Shown: in pieces, positions 15,684 to 25,579 of the stretch
How the letters are laid out: each line of letters opens with the position of its first letter
How positions within the stretch are numbered: the first letter of the stretch is position 1
DNA from: an uncultured Bacteroidales bacterium
GTDB lineage: Bacteria; Bacteroidota; Bacteroidia; Bacteroidales; VadinHA17
Reading direction: 5' to 3'
NCBI GenBank assembly: GCA_963791065.1
Contig: CAWBQN010000006.1
Span: forward strand, 36,319 to 100,318
DNA length: 64,000 bases
Made by a program: the position numbers and the translations under genes
Notes under the pieces: model-generated
The model's input: only the letters and a program-made list of their open reading frames with translations
The model's database searches: none
Told to the model about the DNA's origin: nothing

Positions 15684-17287
15684 TTATAGTTGTATGGTCC
15701 TTTGGTTATTACAGGGATTTTATCAAAATTCTCAGCCGGTGGAGGAGATGGAATTGTCCATTCAAGTGTTTTTCCACCCCACGGATTTGACGGTGCTTTG
15801 ACTCCGTTTCTTAAGGATGATATAAGGTTGATTATTATTATAGCCAGCCCAAAGTACATTATAATTGCTCCAAATGAAGAAAAGATATTACCTGTATGGA
15901 AGATCTCATCATAATCATAATATCTTCTGGGCATACCTTTCATTCCAAGAAAAAACATCTCTCCATACAATGTCAAAAATCCTATAAAGAATATAAGTAA
16001 CCCGGTATTTGCCCACCGCGCCTGATACATTTTTCCTGTAATTTTTGGATACCAGTAATGCATGGCACCAAAAAATGCATAACCGGTTCCTCCGAAAACA
16101 ATAAAGTGGAAGTGCGCAACAACAAAATGTGTGTTATGCAAATGTATATTAGTAGCAAGTGACCCAAGAATAAGTCCTGAAAATCCACCGATCATGAACA
16201 CAAAGAGAAACCCAACTGCCCAAAAAAAAGGAGTTTGCAAGTCTATGGAGCCTTTATGCATCGTGGATATCCAGTTAAATACTTTTACTGCACTTGGGAT
16301 GGCTACTATGAATGTCAGGAGCGAAAATGTGTAAAGAGCTGTAGGACTCATGCCTGAAGTGAACATATGGTGACCCCAGATAAAGTAACCTACGAATGCA
16401 ATCGCAATACTGGAAGCAACAATGAATTTATAACCGAATATTGTTTTGTGACAGAAAGTTGGTATAATTTCAGAAATTGCTCCCATAGCCGGCAGGATCA
16501 TAATATATACTGCCGGATGACTGTAGGTCCAGAATAAATGCTGGTAAAGCAGCGGATCTCCTCCCAGTGTCGGGTCGAAAAACCCGATGTGAAAGATCCT
16601 TTCAGCAGCTATCATCAGCAATGTAATTCCAATGATAGGTGTAGCAAGCAACTGTACCCATCCGGTGGCATAAAGGGTCCAGGGAAATAAGGGCATTTTC
16701 ATCCATGTCATCCCGGGAGCCCGCAATCTGTGAATAGTCACCAGGAAATTGAGGCCCGTGAGTATTGATGAAAACCCAAGTACAAAAGCTCCAAAAACTG
16801 CCGGAAGCATATTCCCTGTTGTCCTGAAGCTGTAGGGAGCATAAAATGTCCATCCTGTATCAGGAGGTCCCTGTCCGGTAAATTGTGAGATCAGCACCAA
16901 TGAGACACCCACGACATAGAAATACCATGACAGAAGGTTAAGTCTTGGAAAGGCGACATCTTTTGCTCCGATCAGGATAGGCAGGAAAAAATTGCCAAAC
17001 ACGGCGGGTAATCCGGGTATGACAATTGCAAATATCATTATTATGCCATGAAGAGTAAAAAATGCGTTATATGTCTGGGCAGTCATAATCGTTTTGCCCG
17101 GAGCAATAAGCTCAAGCTTCATTAATAAACCAAGTGTGGCTCCGATAGAGAAGAACGTCAGAAGAGAAAAGAGATATAGAATTGCAATCCTTTTATGATC
17201 GGTAGAGAATATCCATGAAAAGATACCTTTATACTTGCCCTTATGATCAAGATAGCTGGGTTCTTCAATAACTTCCCTTGTAGTCAT
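15680..17287 (-). CDS. ctaD: cytochrome c oxidase subunit I (type A2, YS motif)
   Basis: 535 aa. Haem/CuB ligand blocks WFFGHPxVY-like (LFWTYSHPAVYIMILP) and HFHFIVF. YSHPAVY is encoded at 16505-16525. Confidence 0.95.
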   Translation of the reverse strand: MTTREVIEEPSYLDHKGKYKGIFSWIFSTDHKRIAILYLFSLLTFFSIGATLGLLMKLELIAPGKTIMTAQTYNAFFTLHGIIMIFAIVIPGLPAVFGNFFLPILIGAKDVAFPRLNLLSWYFYVVGVSLVLISQFTGQGPPDTGWTFYAPYSFRTTGNMLPAVFGAFVLGFSSILTGLNFLVTIHRLRAPGMTWMKMPLFPWTLYATGWVQLLATPIIGITLLMIAAERIFHIGFFDPTLGGDPLLYQHLFWTYSHPAVYIMILPAMGAISEIIPTFCHKTIFGYKFIVASSIAIAFVGYFIWGHHMFTSGMSPTALYTFSLLTFIVAIPSAVKVFNWISTMHKGSIDLQTPFFWAVGFLFVFMIGGFSGLILGSLATNIHLHNTHFVVAHFHFIVFGGTGYAFFGAMHYWYPKITGKMYQARWANTGLLIFFIGFLTLYGEMFFLGMKGMPRRYYDYDEIFHTGNIFSSFGAIIMYFGLAIIIINLISSLRNGVKAPSNPWGGKTLEWTIPSPPPAENFDKIPVITKGPYNYK

Positions 17288-18075
17288 TTTTCAAGCCTTG
17301 GTTTTATTTTTAATCTGGACAAAGACAGGAACAAAAATAATATAACGACAAAAAATGAAATAACAAGTGCTGAAACCCGTGTTACATTAAAAACATACTG
17401 GTTCCCTATCGTATCATAAGAATAACAGACAGCAAGCAACCGGTTTATGCTTGGTCCTATTTTCCCTTTAGCTGCCTCAACCATAGTGATTTTGATGTCG
17501 AACGGCAAGAAATCAATTCCCCTGAGATAGCGGATAATTTTCCCATCGGCTCCAAGTGCTATCAGCCCGGTTGGATGAACGTATTGATTGTTCCGATAAA
17601 TGTAATTAAACCCGACAGATTTGGTTAATTTAGCAATATCAAGACTGTCAGAAACAAAAAAACGCCAGTTCTTTGCGGCTTCCTTGTTCTTCATCATACT
17701 TAGATATGCAGCTTTCTTTTTAATCGCAAGATCGATCTTTTCCGAAGGATCAAAACTGATCGTAAGAACTTCATAGTCCTTACCCAGCTGAAGATCAACA
17801 TCATCTATGAATTTAGATATTCCAAACATCAGAGGGCTGCATGTTCCCGGGCACTGGTAATAAACCAGATTCAGAATGGCAGGCTTGTCAAGAACATCTT
17901 TTAACAGCACGGTATCGCCATTCTCATTAACCAGTTTTGTATCGAGCGCAGCATACTGTCCCTGTTTCTCAACGAAACTGACCTGCATCTGCTTATCAAA
18001 CAGGGATGTTTGAGCAAATGATTCAATACTGATCAGACAAATAAACAATACAAGAAAAAGTTTAATTTGACTCAT
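17284..18075 (-). CDS. SCO1/SenC copper chaperone
   Basis: Signal/anchor plus thioredoxin-fold CPGTC motif and a downstream His. Its stop overlaps the ctaD start by 4 nt. Confidence 0.88.
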   Translation of the reverse strand: MSQIKLFLVLFICLISIESFAQTSLFDKQMQVSFVEKQGQYAALDTKLVNENGDTVLLKDVLDKPAILNLVYYQCPGTCSPLMFGISKFIDDVDLQLGKDYEVLTISFDPSEKIDLAIKKKAAYLSMMKNKEAAKNWRFFVSDSLDIAKLTKSVGFNYIYRNNQYVHPTGLIALGADGKIIRYLRGIDFLPFDIKITMVEAAKGKIGPSINRLLAVCYSYDTIGNQYVFNVTRVSALVISFFVVILFLFLSLSRLKIKPRLEK

Positions 18076-18202
18076 AGCAGTGCAAGGAAATATTAGTGTT
18101 TATAAAGATATAATATTTTTCATTCAGGTTAAATAAAACTTATGCATCGTTTTGATGCGTTCACTCTCATATAACACAAATTTAGCCAACAGGTTTTTGA
18201 AA

Positions 18203-18586
18203 TTATGACTTTTTTTGTTTTTCTTCCTCAGAATAGATGCCTGCAATCATCAATGACCCACCCATAAGCGAGATATCTTTCAGTAATGCAATAAGTGTAG
18301 CCGTCTTGTCTGCATCAGTGAACATATGCGGGATATGAATTGTAACGATAAAGATAAACAGTAGTACTGCAAGAAGTGTTGTGGAGAGTTTCACGAATCT
18401 TTTCGTAATAATACTGATGCTGGCGGCTATTAGCAAAATACCTGTAAGAATAATGGTGTATGCCCCAAGCGGTATGAAAGATGTGAGTACTCCAAGATAA
18501 TAATCTGTCATCAGGAAATGATTTATCCCAAAGAGTGCAAATGGAATTGCAAACAGAATTCTTCCGATTGTAGTGATGTTTTTCAT
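18203..18586 (-). CDS. DoxX-family membrane protein
   Basis: 127 aa, four TM helices, DoxX-like N-terminus GRILFAIPFALFGINHF. Confidence 0.7.
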   Translation of the reverse strand: MKNITTIGRILFAIPFALFGINHFLMTDYYLGVLTSFIPLGAYTIILTGILLIAASISIITKRFVKLSTTLLAVLLFIFIVTIHIPHMFTDADKTATLIALLKDISLMGGSLMIAGIYSEEEKQKKS

Positions 18587-18750
18587 ATTAGTCGTTCGTT
18601 AGGAGGATCGATTTATTTGAATTATTAGACAGTTGCTCTGATTTTACATCCATAAATTTATGAATTTTTTTTATCACGGTTTAATAATATCAAAAATCTT
18701 GAAGCTTGCTGATTTTTTGAAACTTAAGCTTGAACAATCACAGATTATGA

Positions 18751-19503
18751 ATGTTATTGAATAAAAAACCAAGTATGGAACGTAGAAAATTTTTTAAGGC
18801 TGTCGGGTTGGTGACTGCGGCTGCCTACATTAGCCCAAAAATTCTGGGCAACCCTCAAACAAATGTTAAGGTTACGGATATTGAAGGTGTTCCGCCTGCA
18901 GAGTTCCCGCCTCTACCCTTCGCTTACAATGCCCTGGAACCTTACATCGATGCCCGGACAATGGAAATCCATTATGATAAGCATCACCGCGCTTATTATA
19001 CGAATTTCATGAGTGCTGTTAAAGGAACTCCTCTGGAAGGCAAACCGCTTAGCGACATTTTTAAAACTATGTCAAAACAAACAGATGCTGTAAGGAATAA
19101 TGGAGGAGGCTATTATAATCATCTGTTTTTCTGGCAGAACCTGGGAAAAGGAACATCCGGACCATCAAATGAATTAACTGCTGCTCTTTCAAAAGCATTT
19201 GGTTCGGTTGACAAATTCAAAGAGACATTCAACAATGCTGCCAAGACAAGATTTGGAAGCGGCTGGGCATGGTTGTATTTAGGGACAGATAAGAAACTGG
19301 CAGTTGCAAGTTCACCTAATCAGGATAACACTTTTATGGATTTATCACCGGTAAAAGGAACACCCATTTTAGGGCTCGACGTTTGGGAACATGCCTATTA
19401 TCTTAAATATCAGAATAGGCGTCCGGAATATATCGATGCCTTTTGGAATGTGGTTAACTGGGACACGGTGAATAAGAGATATCAGCAGGCGCTGAAAGGA
19501 TAA
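18751..19503 (+). CDS. Fe/Mn superoxide dismutase with twin-arginine signal peptide
   Basis: LPFAYNALEPYIDARTMEIHYDKHH and DVWEHAYYL blocks. N-terminal ERRKFFKAVGLVTAAA. The start may be ATG 18775. Confidence 0.92.
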   Translation: MLLNKKPSMERRKFFKAVGLVTAAAYISPKILGNPQTNVKVTDIEGVPPAEFPPLPFAYNALEPYIDARTMEIHYDKHHRAYYTNFMSAVKGTPLEGKPLSDIFKTMSKQTDAVRNNGGGYYNHLFFWQNLGKGTSGPSNELTAALSKAFGSVDKFKETFNNAAKTRFGSGWAWLYLGTDKKLAVASSPNQDNTFMDLSPVKGTPILGLDVWEHAYYLKYQNRRPEYIDAFWNVVNWDTVNKRYQQALKG

Positions 19504-19512
19504 GAAATTTTT

Positions 19513-21159
19513 CTACGTATAGAGAAACCTCTTGATCTTCATGGTAGCAGTCTTCTGAAAAGGGACACGCTGGAGAATGACCTTATGGATCTGGCTGAAT
19601 TTATTTACCTGGGAATTAACATATTCGCGTAACTCAAGTAGAACCTCATCTACTTTCTCCTCGAACTGCCGTGTCATATCCTCTTTCAGGATTTGATATT
19701 TCTTTTCAAATTCCTCCATGTTAATATGTACCAGAGCTACCAGTTTCCCTTTTTGCTCGACCACCAGCGATTCCACAACAAACCGGAAATTATTTATAAT
19801 GGATTCTATTTCCTCAGGATAAATATTCTCTCCGCTGGCTCCCACGATCATGCTCTTTAGCCTTCCTTTTATAAAAAGGTTATTGTTCTGGTCAAATGTA
19901 CCAAGATCACCAGTTTTAAACCATCCGTCCGGAGTAAGAACCTCCCGGGTCATTTCAGGTTCCCTGAAATAGCCTTTCATGATGTTTGGCCCCTTTGCCC
20001 AGATTTCACCTTCACCGGTTATTTTATCAGGTTTATTGATAACCAGCCGGACACCTTCAATAGCCGGGCCCGTTGATTCAAATACAGACTTCTGTGGGTT
20101 GGCGCCTGCAAGTAACGGAGCTGTTTCAGTAAGGCCATAACCAACTGCATAAGGAAATTTGGCTTCACGCAGGAATCTCTCGACAACTTTGTTGAGCTTG
20201 GCACCACCAATACCATAAAACTTCAGCTTCCCGCCGAATGTTTTTAGCAATTTTTTACCGGCAGCAGCATTCAGTTTTTTCCTGAGAACAGGAATCTTGT
20301 AAAGAAGCCTGAGTATGACCTTGTCCCTGAATGCAGGCAGAATTTTATTAAAATAAATTTTTTCAATAATAAGAGGAACAGTAAGCATCAAAGTTGGATT
20401 GACTTCGGCTAATGCCGGAAGAAGAACAGATGGTGTAGGAGGCTTCCTGAGATAATAAACACACGATCCGCAGAGCATTGGAAGAATCAAACCAAGGGTA
20501 TTTTCATATGTATGAGATAAGGGGAGCACTGATAAAAAGCGATCATTCTCATCAATAGATTGTATTGCCCTGCCTTTCAGTGCATTAAAAGAGATGTTCC
20601 GGTGTGTCAGCATAACGCCCTTTGAACGCCCGGTTGTTCCCGATGTGTAGATAATTGATGCAAGGTCTTCTTCTTCAACAGTATATTCTTTGAGAGGATG
20701 TGCTGAAGGATCAAACTTCTCAGTATCCTTGTCAGAAAAAATCACTGAAAAATCCTCAATAAGGATGGCTGTTTTCAGATCTTCTGATTTTAATTCTTCA
20801 ATCCGTGATAAAAGTGAGTTTGAAATAAAAATAGCTTTCGCACCCGAATGTTCAAGAATATTGGCAACTTCCGCAGTTGAAAAATCAGGAAGGATCGGCA
20901 CGACAATTGCGCCCATAAAAGTAATTGAGAAGTAAGTAACTGCCCAGTTTGGCATATTTAAACTCAGGATTGCAACTTTATCACCTCCGGAAATTCCAAG
21001 CTTTTCCTGAAATGCCATTAGCGCCCTGATTTCCTGATAAACTGTTTTATACGTTATCGGATCCTCTCCGGCAAATGCATAAGCATTATGTTCACCAAAC
21101 TTCCTCAATGTTTCACTAAACATTCCAGGGAAAGTCAGCCTGATTTCGTCATTGTTCAT
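19513..21159 (-). CDS. long-chain-fatty-acid--CoA ligase (AMP-binding family)
   Basis: AMP-binding signature IYTSGTTGRSKGV and GWFKTGD. 548 aa. Confidence 0.9.
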   Translation of the reverse strand: MNNDEIRLTFPGMFSETLRKFGEHNAYAFAGEDPITYKTVYQEIRALMAFQEKLGISGGDKVAILSLNMPNWAVTYFSITFMGAIVVPILPDFSTAEVANILEHSGAKAIFISNSLLSRIEELKSEDLKTAILIEDFSVIFSDKDTEKFDPSAHPLKEYTVEEEDLASIIYTSGTTGRSKGVMLTHRNISFNALKGRAIQSIDENDRFLSVLPLSHTYENTLGLILPMLCGSCVYYLRKPPTPSVLLPALAEVNPTLMLTVPLIIEKIYFNKILPAFRDKVILRLLYKIPVLRKKLNAAAGKKLLKTFGGKLKFYGIGGAKLNKVVERFLREAKFPYAVGYGLTETAPLLAGANPQKSVFESTGPAIEGVRLVINKPDKITGEGEIWAKGPNIMKGYFREPEMTREVLTPDGWFKTGDLGTFDQNNNLFIKGRLKSMIVGASGENIYPEEIESIINNFRFVVESLVVEQKGKLVALVHINMEEFEKKYQILKEDMTRQFEEKVDEVLLELREYVNSQVNKFSQIHKVILQRVPFQKTATMKIKRFLYT

Positions 21160-21340
21160 GATCCCCTATTCTTAAGCCAATTCTAACATGCTAAGGTACG
21201 GAATTTACCTTAAAATCACAAAACCCTGGCAAAACATTAAACCTTTATCAGTCAGAATGGTTAATATTGTATATATTTTTCGGTAGACCCACTTTCTTAT
21301 TTCCCCTTGAGGGAAATGGTCAGGAGGTGTTATAAAAATG

Positions 21341-21378
21341 CTTTGTGACCTTTGTGAGAACCTTTGAGTACCTTTACT
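21341..21378. repeat. phased CTTTGTG-type heptamer array (4 copies)
   Basis: ctttgtg 21341, ctttgtg 21350, ctttgag 21362, ctttact 21372. Confidence 0.75.
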
Positions 21379-21393
21379 TTCAAGCGCATTATT

Positions 21394-21846
21394 ATGAGTC
21401 AATTAATAAGAGTGACAAAGGAGTTCCCTTTTGAGATGGCACATGTACTTTGGAATTACGACGGGCCATGCAAAAATGTTCATGGTCACTCGTACCGGCT
21501 TTTTGTTACCCTTGCCGGATATCCTTCAGAAGACCTTCTGAATGCGAAAAATGGTATGGTAATCGACTTTGGGGATCTGAAAAAGATTGTCAAAAAGGAG
21601 ATAGTCAGCATTTTTGATCATTCGGTTGTACTAAGCAATAAGATCGATAAGGAGAAGGCTGAAATGTTTGCCAAACTGTTCGGAAATACTGTGCAGGTCA
21701 GTTTTCAGCCTACCTGTGAAAACCTTGTTTCAGATTTTGCACTGCGGATAGCCTCTCATCTTCCTTCGGGAGTTATATTGCACAGCCTTAAGCTCTATGA
21801 AACAGCAACTTCTTTTGCCGAATGGTATGCCAGTGATAACCAGTAA
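21394..21846 (+). CDS. queD: 6-carboxy-5,6,7,8-tetrahydropterin synthase (PTPS family)
   Basis: FEMAHVL...CKNVHGHSYRL catalytic Cys/His pattern. Start placed at ATG 21394. The upstream part of the ORF reads through a repeat. Confidence 0.85.
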   Translation: MSQLIRVTKEFPFEMAHVLWNYDGPCKNVHGHSYRLFVTLAGYPSEDLLNAKNGMVIDFGDLKKIVKKEIVSIFDHSVVLSNKIDKEKAEMFAKLFGNTVQVSFQPTCENLVSDFALRIASHLPSGVILHSLKLYETATSFAEWYASDNQ

Positions 21847-21885
21847 GGTATTTCCCCTGCCACAAAGAATAAAAATAATTCAGAT

Positions 21886-24687
21886 ATGACAGATAATTCC
21901 GCAAAAAAACTCTTCCTTTTGGATGCATATGCTCTGATCTTCCGTGCCTACTACGCATTCATCAGGAATCCCAGAGTGACTTCAAAAGGGTTGAATACTT
22001 CAGCCATATTCGGATTTCTGCTTGCCCTCGAAGAGGTTCTGCGGAACCGTAGGCCAACCCATATCGCTGTTGTATTCGATCATCCCACGCCAACCTTCAG
22101 GCATGAAATGTATAAAGAATACAAAGCTCATCGTGACGAAACTCCCGAAGACATTAAAAAGGCTGTTCCTTATATCAAACGCCTTATTGAGGCATATAAA
22201 ATACCGGTAATCGATTTTCCGGGATTTGAGGCAGATGACGTTATCGGCACCCTGGCCAAAAAGGCTTCTCAACGGGGTTTTACCACATATATGATGACTC
22301 CGGATAAAGATTATGCGCAGCTTGTAGCCGGCAATGTCTTTATGCTGAAACCGTCGCGGAGCGGAAATGAATCTATCCTCTGGGGTGTCGATGATGTAAA
22401 AGAGGAGTGGAATGTCCAGCGCCCGGAGCAGGTAATCGATGTTCTTGCCCTTATGGGGGATTCAGCTGACAATATTCCCGGAGCACCAGGAGTTGGTCCT
22501 AAAACCGCGATGAAATTAATATCAGAGTATGGGAGTATTGAAGAACTGTTTAAAAACACCGATAAGCTGAAAGGAAAGCTGAAAGAGATTATTGAGAACA
22601 ACAAGGCACAGATTGAAATGTCGAAGAAGCTTGCCACAATTGAACAGAATGTGCCTGTGGAACTGAATGAAACCGCCCTGGAACTGGAAGTGCCCGATCC
22701 GTCAAAATTGAAAGTTCTATTTGATGAGCTGGAATTCAGAACAATTTCTGCCAGAATACTTTCGGAGATCGAAAAATCTGAAAAACCCAGGGATCAGCAA
22801 AAACTATTTGCCCCGGAACCGGAATCTCAGCAGGGCTCACTTTTTGGAGAACAGGCAATTTCTCCGGCTGCTGATAAAGCCACAATCGATAGTGTCGATC
22901 ACACTTACATCAATCTTGAATCACATTCTGCGATAAAAGAATTTGTCAAAACATTAAATTCACTGAAAGAATTTTGCTTCGATAGTGAAACTACAAGCAT
23001 TGATCCTCTTAATGCTGAGCTTGTTGCCCTTACTTTTTCATGGGAAAAAGGATCAGGATATCTGATCCATTTTCCAGAATCACAACAAGAAACCAAAGCT
23101 ATCCTTGAAATCGTGAGACCGGTTTTTGAAAATCCCAAAACCGTCAAAATAGGACAGAACATGAAATACGATATCCAGGTTCTGGCTGGTTATGGTATTG
23201 AGGTTAAAGGCCCATTGTTTGATACAATGATAGCTCATTATCTTCTGGAGCCCGATATGCGGCATAACATGAACTTGTTATCGGAAGCTTACCTCGGTTA
23301 TAGTCCGGTGCATATTGAATCTTTAATAGGCGACAAGGGGAACAACCAGAAGAATATGAGGTCCGTTCCGGTGGATAAGCTCATGGAATATGCTGTAGAA
23401 GATGCCGATGTGACATATCAGTTAAAAAATGTCTTCGAACCCAGGATCAAAAAAGAGGGATTGGAGGACCTTTCACGTAACATAGAGATGCCTCTGATAA
23501 GTGTTCTGGCTACGATGGAAAGGAACGGTGTTATTCTGAACCTCGACGATCTGAATGCTATTACAATCAACCTGAGGGAAGATATTATTTCACTTGAAAA
23601 AGAAATTTATACTCTGGCTGGTACAGAATTCAATATATCCTCCCCTAAACAGCTTGGCGATATTTTGTTCATCAGGCTGAAGCTTGATGATAAAGCAAGG
23701 ATTACAAAGACCAAGCAGTTTGTGACAAATGAAGAAATATTGCAACGCCTTACAAGCAAACATCCCATCGTTGAAAAAGTGCTGGAGTTCAGGGGACTCA
23801 AGAAACTTCTGACAACCTATGTTGAGGCACTTCCCCTGCTGGTAGATAAGAAAACCGGCAGGATCCATACTTCATTCAGCCAGGCTGTGGCTGCGACTGG
23901 CCGGCTTAGCTCCAATAATCCAAACCTGCAAAACATACCTATACGGGATGAAAGGGGCAGAGAAATCAGAAAAGCTTTTGTTCCTGCAAAAGGGCATATT
24001 TTTTTGTCGGCCGACTATTCACAGATTGAGCTCAGGCTGATGGCACATCTCAGCAAGGATAAAAGCATGATCGGCGACTTTCTTTCGGGGAGTGACATTC
24101 ATGCAGCCACAGCCGCTAAGATATTCGGTGTGGAAATAAAGGATGTTACCCGTGAAATGCGCAGCAGGGCAAAGACTGCTAATTTTGGTATCATCTACGG
24201 AATCTCATCATTTGGACTTTCTGAACGTCTGAATATCGGAAGGAAGGAGGCAAAAGAGCTTATAGATGGCTATTTCAATTCTTACCCGGGTGTTAAAATT
24301 TATATGGATGAGAGCATAAAAAAAGCCAGAGATGTGGGATATGTAACGACAATGTTTGGCCGTAAACGATATTTGCACGACATACATTCACATAACCAGG
24401 TGGTAAGAGGAAACGCTGAACGGAATGCTATTAACGCACCCATACAGGGAAGCGCAGCAGATATAATTAAGATTGCCATGGTGAAGATCTACGAAAGGAT
24501 GAAGGCAGAAAAGTTCAGATCCAAAATGATCCTGCAGGTGCATGACGAACTTATCTTTGAGGTTGAGGCATCGGAACTGGAAAAGCTGAAGGAGATGGTT
24601 CTGTACGAAATGTCAAATCCTGTTAAGCTCGATATACCTTTGAAAGTTGAGTGGGGTACAGGAAACAACTGGTTTGAGGCACATTGA
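21886..24687 (+). CDS. polA: DNA polymerase I
   Basis: 933 aa with 5'-nuclease, 3'-5' exonuclease and family A polymerase motifs (RRxAKxxNFGxxYG: RSRAKTANFGIIYG; QVHDEL). Confidence 0.97.
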   Translation: MTDNSAKKLFLLDAYALIFRAYYAFIRNPRVTSKGLNTSAIFGFLLALEEVLRNRRPTHIAVVFDHPTPTFRHEMYKEYKAHRDETPEDIKKAVPYIKRLIEAYKIPVIDFPGFEADDVIGTLAKKASQRGFTTYMMTPDKDYAQLVAGNVFMLKPSRSGNESILWGVDDVKEEWNVQRPEQVIDVLALMGDSADNIPGAPGVGPKTAMKLISEYGSIEELFKNTDKLKGKLKEIIENNKAQIEMSKKLATIEQNVPVELNETALELEVPDPSKLKVLFDELEFRTISARILSEIEKSEKPRDQQKLFAPEPESQQGSLFGEQAISPAADKATIDSVDHTYINLESHSAIKEFVKTLNSLKEFCFDSETTSIDPLNAELVALTFSWEKGSGYLIHFPESQQETKAILEIVRPVFENPKTVKIGQNMKYDIQVLAGYGIEVKGPLFDTMIAHYLLEPDMRHNMNLLSEAYLGYSPVHIESLIGDKGNNQKNMRSVPVDKLMEYAVEDADVTYQLKNVFEPRIKKEGLEDLSRNIEMPLISVLATMERNGVILNLDDLNAITINLREDIISLEKEIYTLAGTEFNISSPKQLGDILFIRLKLDDKARITKTKQFVTNEEILQRLTSKHPIVEKVLEFRGLKKLLTTYVEALPLLVDKKTGRIHTSFSQAVAATGRLSSNNPNLQNIPIRDERGREIRKAFVPAKGHIFLSADYSQIELRLMAHLSKDKSMIGDFLSGSDIHAATAAKIFGVEIKDVTREMRSRAKTANFGIIYGISSFGLSERLNIGRKEAKELIDGYFNSYPGVKIYMDESIKKARDVGYVTTMFGRKRYLHDIHSHNQVVRGNAERNAINAPIQGSAADIIKIAMVKIYERMKAEKFRSKMILQVHDELIFEVEASELEKLKEMVLYEMSNPVKLDIPLKVEWGTGNNWFEAH

Positions 24688-24700
24688 CGGCCAACTTAAG

Positions 24701-24868
24701 GCCCCCCAACCCCCTAAAGGGGGGCTAATTCCTTGATAATTAAGGTTATTTCACTTAGATTCAGAGTATTAACCCCCCTATAGGGGGGAAGGGGGGTAGA
24801 AAGTGAAGGACATGGAATGATGTAACATCTTAATTATTATTAATTTCAGAGCCCCCAAATATGGGGGG
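24701..24868. repeat. three C5-6/G5-6 hairpins in the polA-moaD spacer
   Basis: gcccccc..ccccc-taaa-ggggggc 24701-24725; cccccc-tata-gggggg 24773-24788; ccccc-aaatat-ggggg 24852-24867. Confidence 0.85.
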
Positions 24869-24882
24869 TTGGGGGTAAATTT

Positions 24883-25116
24883 ATGGCAGTAAAAGTACTA
24901 TTCTTCGGAGTTCTTGCAGAGGTATCAGGAACCAGTTTTAAACATTATCAGGACGTAAGATCAATCGGTGATCTTAAGCTAAGGATCCAGGATGACTTCC
25001 CGGAAATTGTGCATTATGTCTTCCGGATCTCACTGAACAACGAGATAACCGACAATAACCTGGCGCTAAAAGAGGGAGATGAGGTTGCATTAATGCCTCC
25101 CTTTGCTGGCGGTTGA
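24883..25116 (+). CDS. moaD: MoaD/ThiS-family sulfur carrier protein
   Basis: 77 aa ending in GG (PPFAGG), directly upstream of moaE. Confidence 0.85.
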   Translation: MAVKVLFFGVLAEVSGTSFKHYQDVRSIGDLKLRIQDDFPEIVHYVFRISLNNEITDNNLALKEGDEVALMPPFAGG

Positions 25117-25145
25117 TACAATCTGCACTTTTTAGATAAATCTGA

Positions 25146-25574
25146 ATGATGGAAGTAAATTACCTTACAAACGGCCCTGTATCAAAGGAAGTAATTACTC
25201 AGCTTATTGATAAGATAGGCAGGGAAACAAATTCAGGGGGTCATATGATCTTCCTGGGACAGGTCAGGGCTGACGACATCAACGGAAAAACAGTTAAAGC
25301 AATTGAATATTCAGCATATGCCGAAATGGTTTATATTGAAGTTGAAAACATAAAAAAGTCCATCTTCTCCGAATTTCCCGATGTGAAGTCGGTTGATATA
25401 ATTCATTCCACAGGAATTGTCAAAGCCGGGGAGATCTCTCTTCTGGTCCTCGTTTCAGCCGGTCACAGGCTTCAGGCTATGCAGGCGTGCAGTAAAGCCG
25501 TAGAGCTTATTAAAGGGAATTTACCCGTATGGAAAAAGGAGATCTTTAATGACGATTCGCACTTGTGGAAATAG
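25146..25574 (+). CDS. moaE: molybdopterin synthase catalytic subunit
   Basis: 142 aa with MoaE-like blocks GGHMIFLGQVR and PVWKKE. Confidence 0.85.
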   Translation: MMEVNYLTNGPVSKEVITQLIDKIGRETNSGGHMIFLGQVRADDINGKTVKAIEYSAYAEMVYIEVENIKKSIFSEFPDVKSVDIIHSTGIVKAGEISLLVLVSAGHRLQAMQACSKAVELIKGNLPVWKKEIFNDDSHLWK

Positions 25575-25579
25575 CTTTT

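Noticed and set aside
18651-18662. Perfect 12-nt palindrome CATAAATTTATG upstream of the SOD gene, a possible Fur/PerR-type box.
   Set aside because: It is pure AT-rich sequence in an AT-rich spacer and does not match the Fur or PerR consensus as I know them. It is likely chance.
21205-21402. 65-aa ORF in the fadD/queD spacer.
   Set aside because: Its sequence (KGTQRFSQRSQS...) is simply a translation of the CTTTGTG repeat array. No coding signal.
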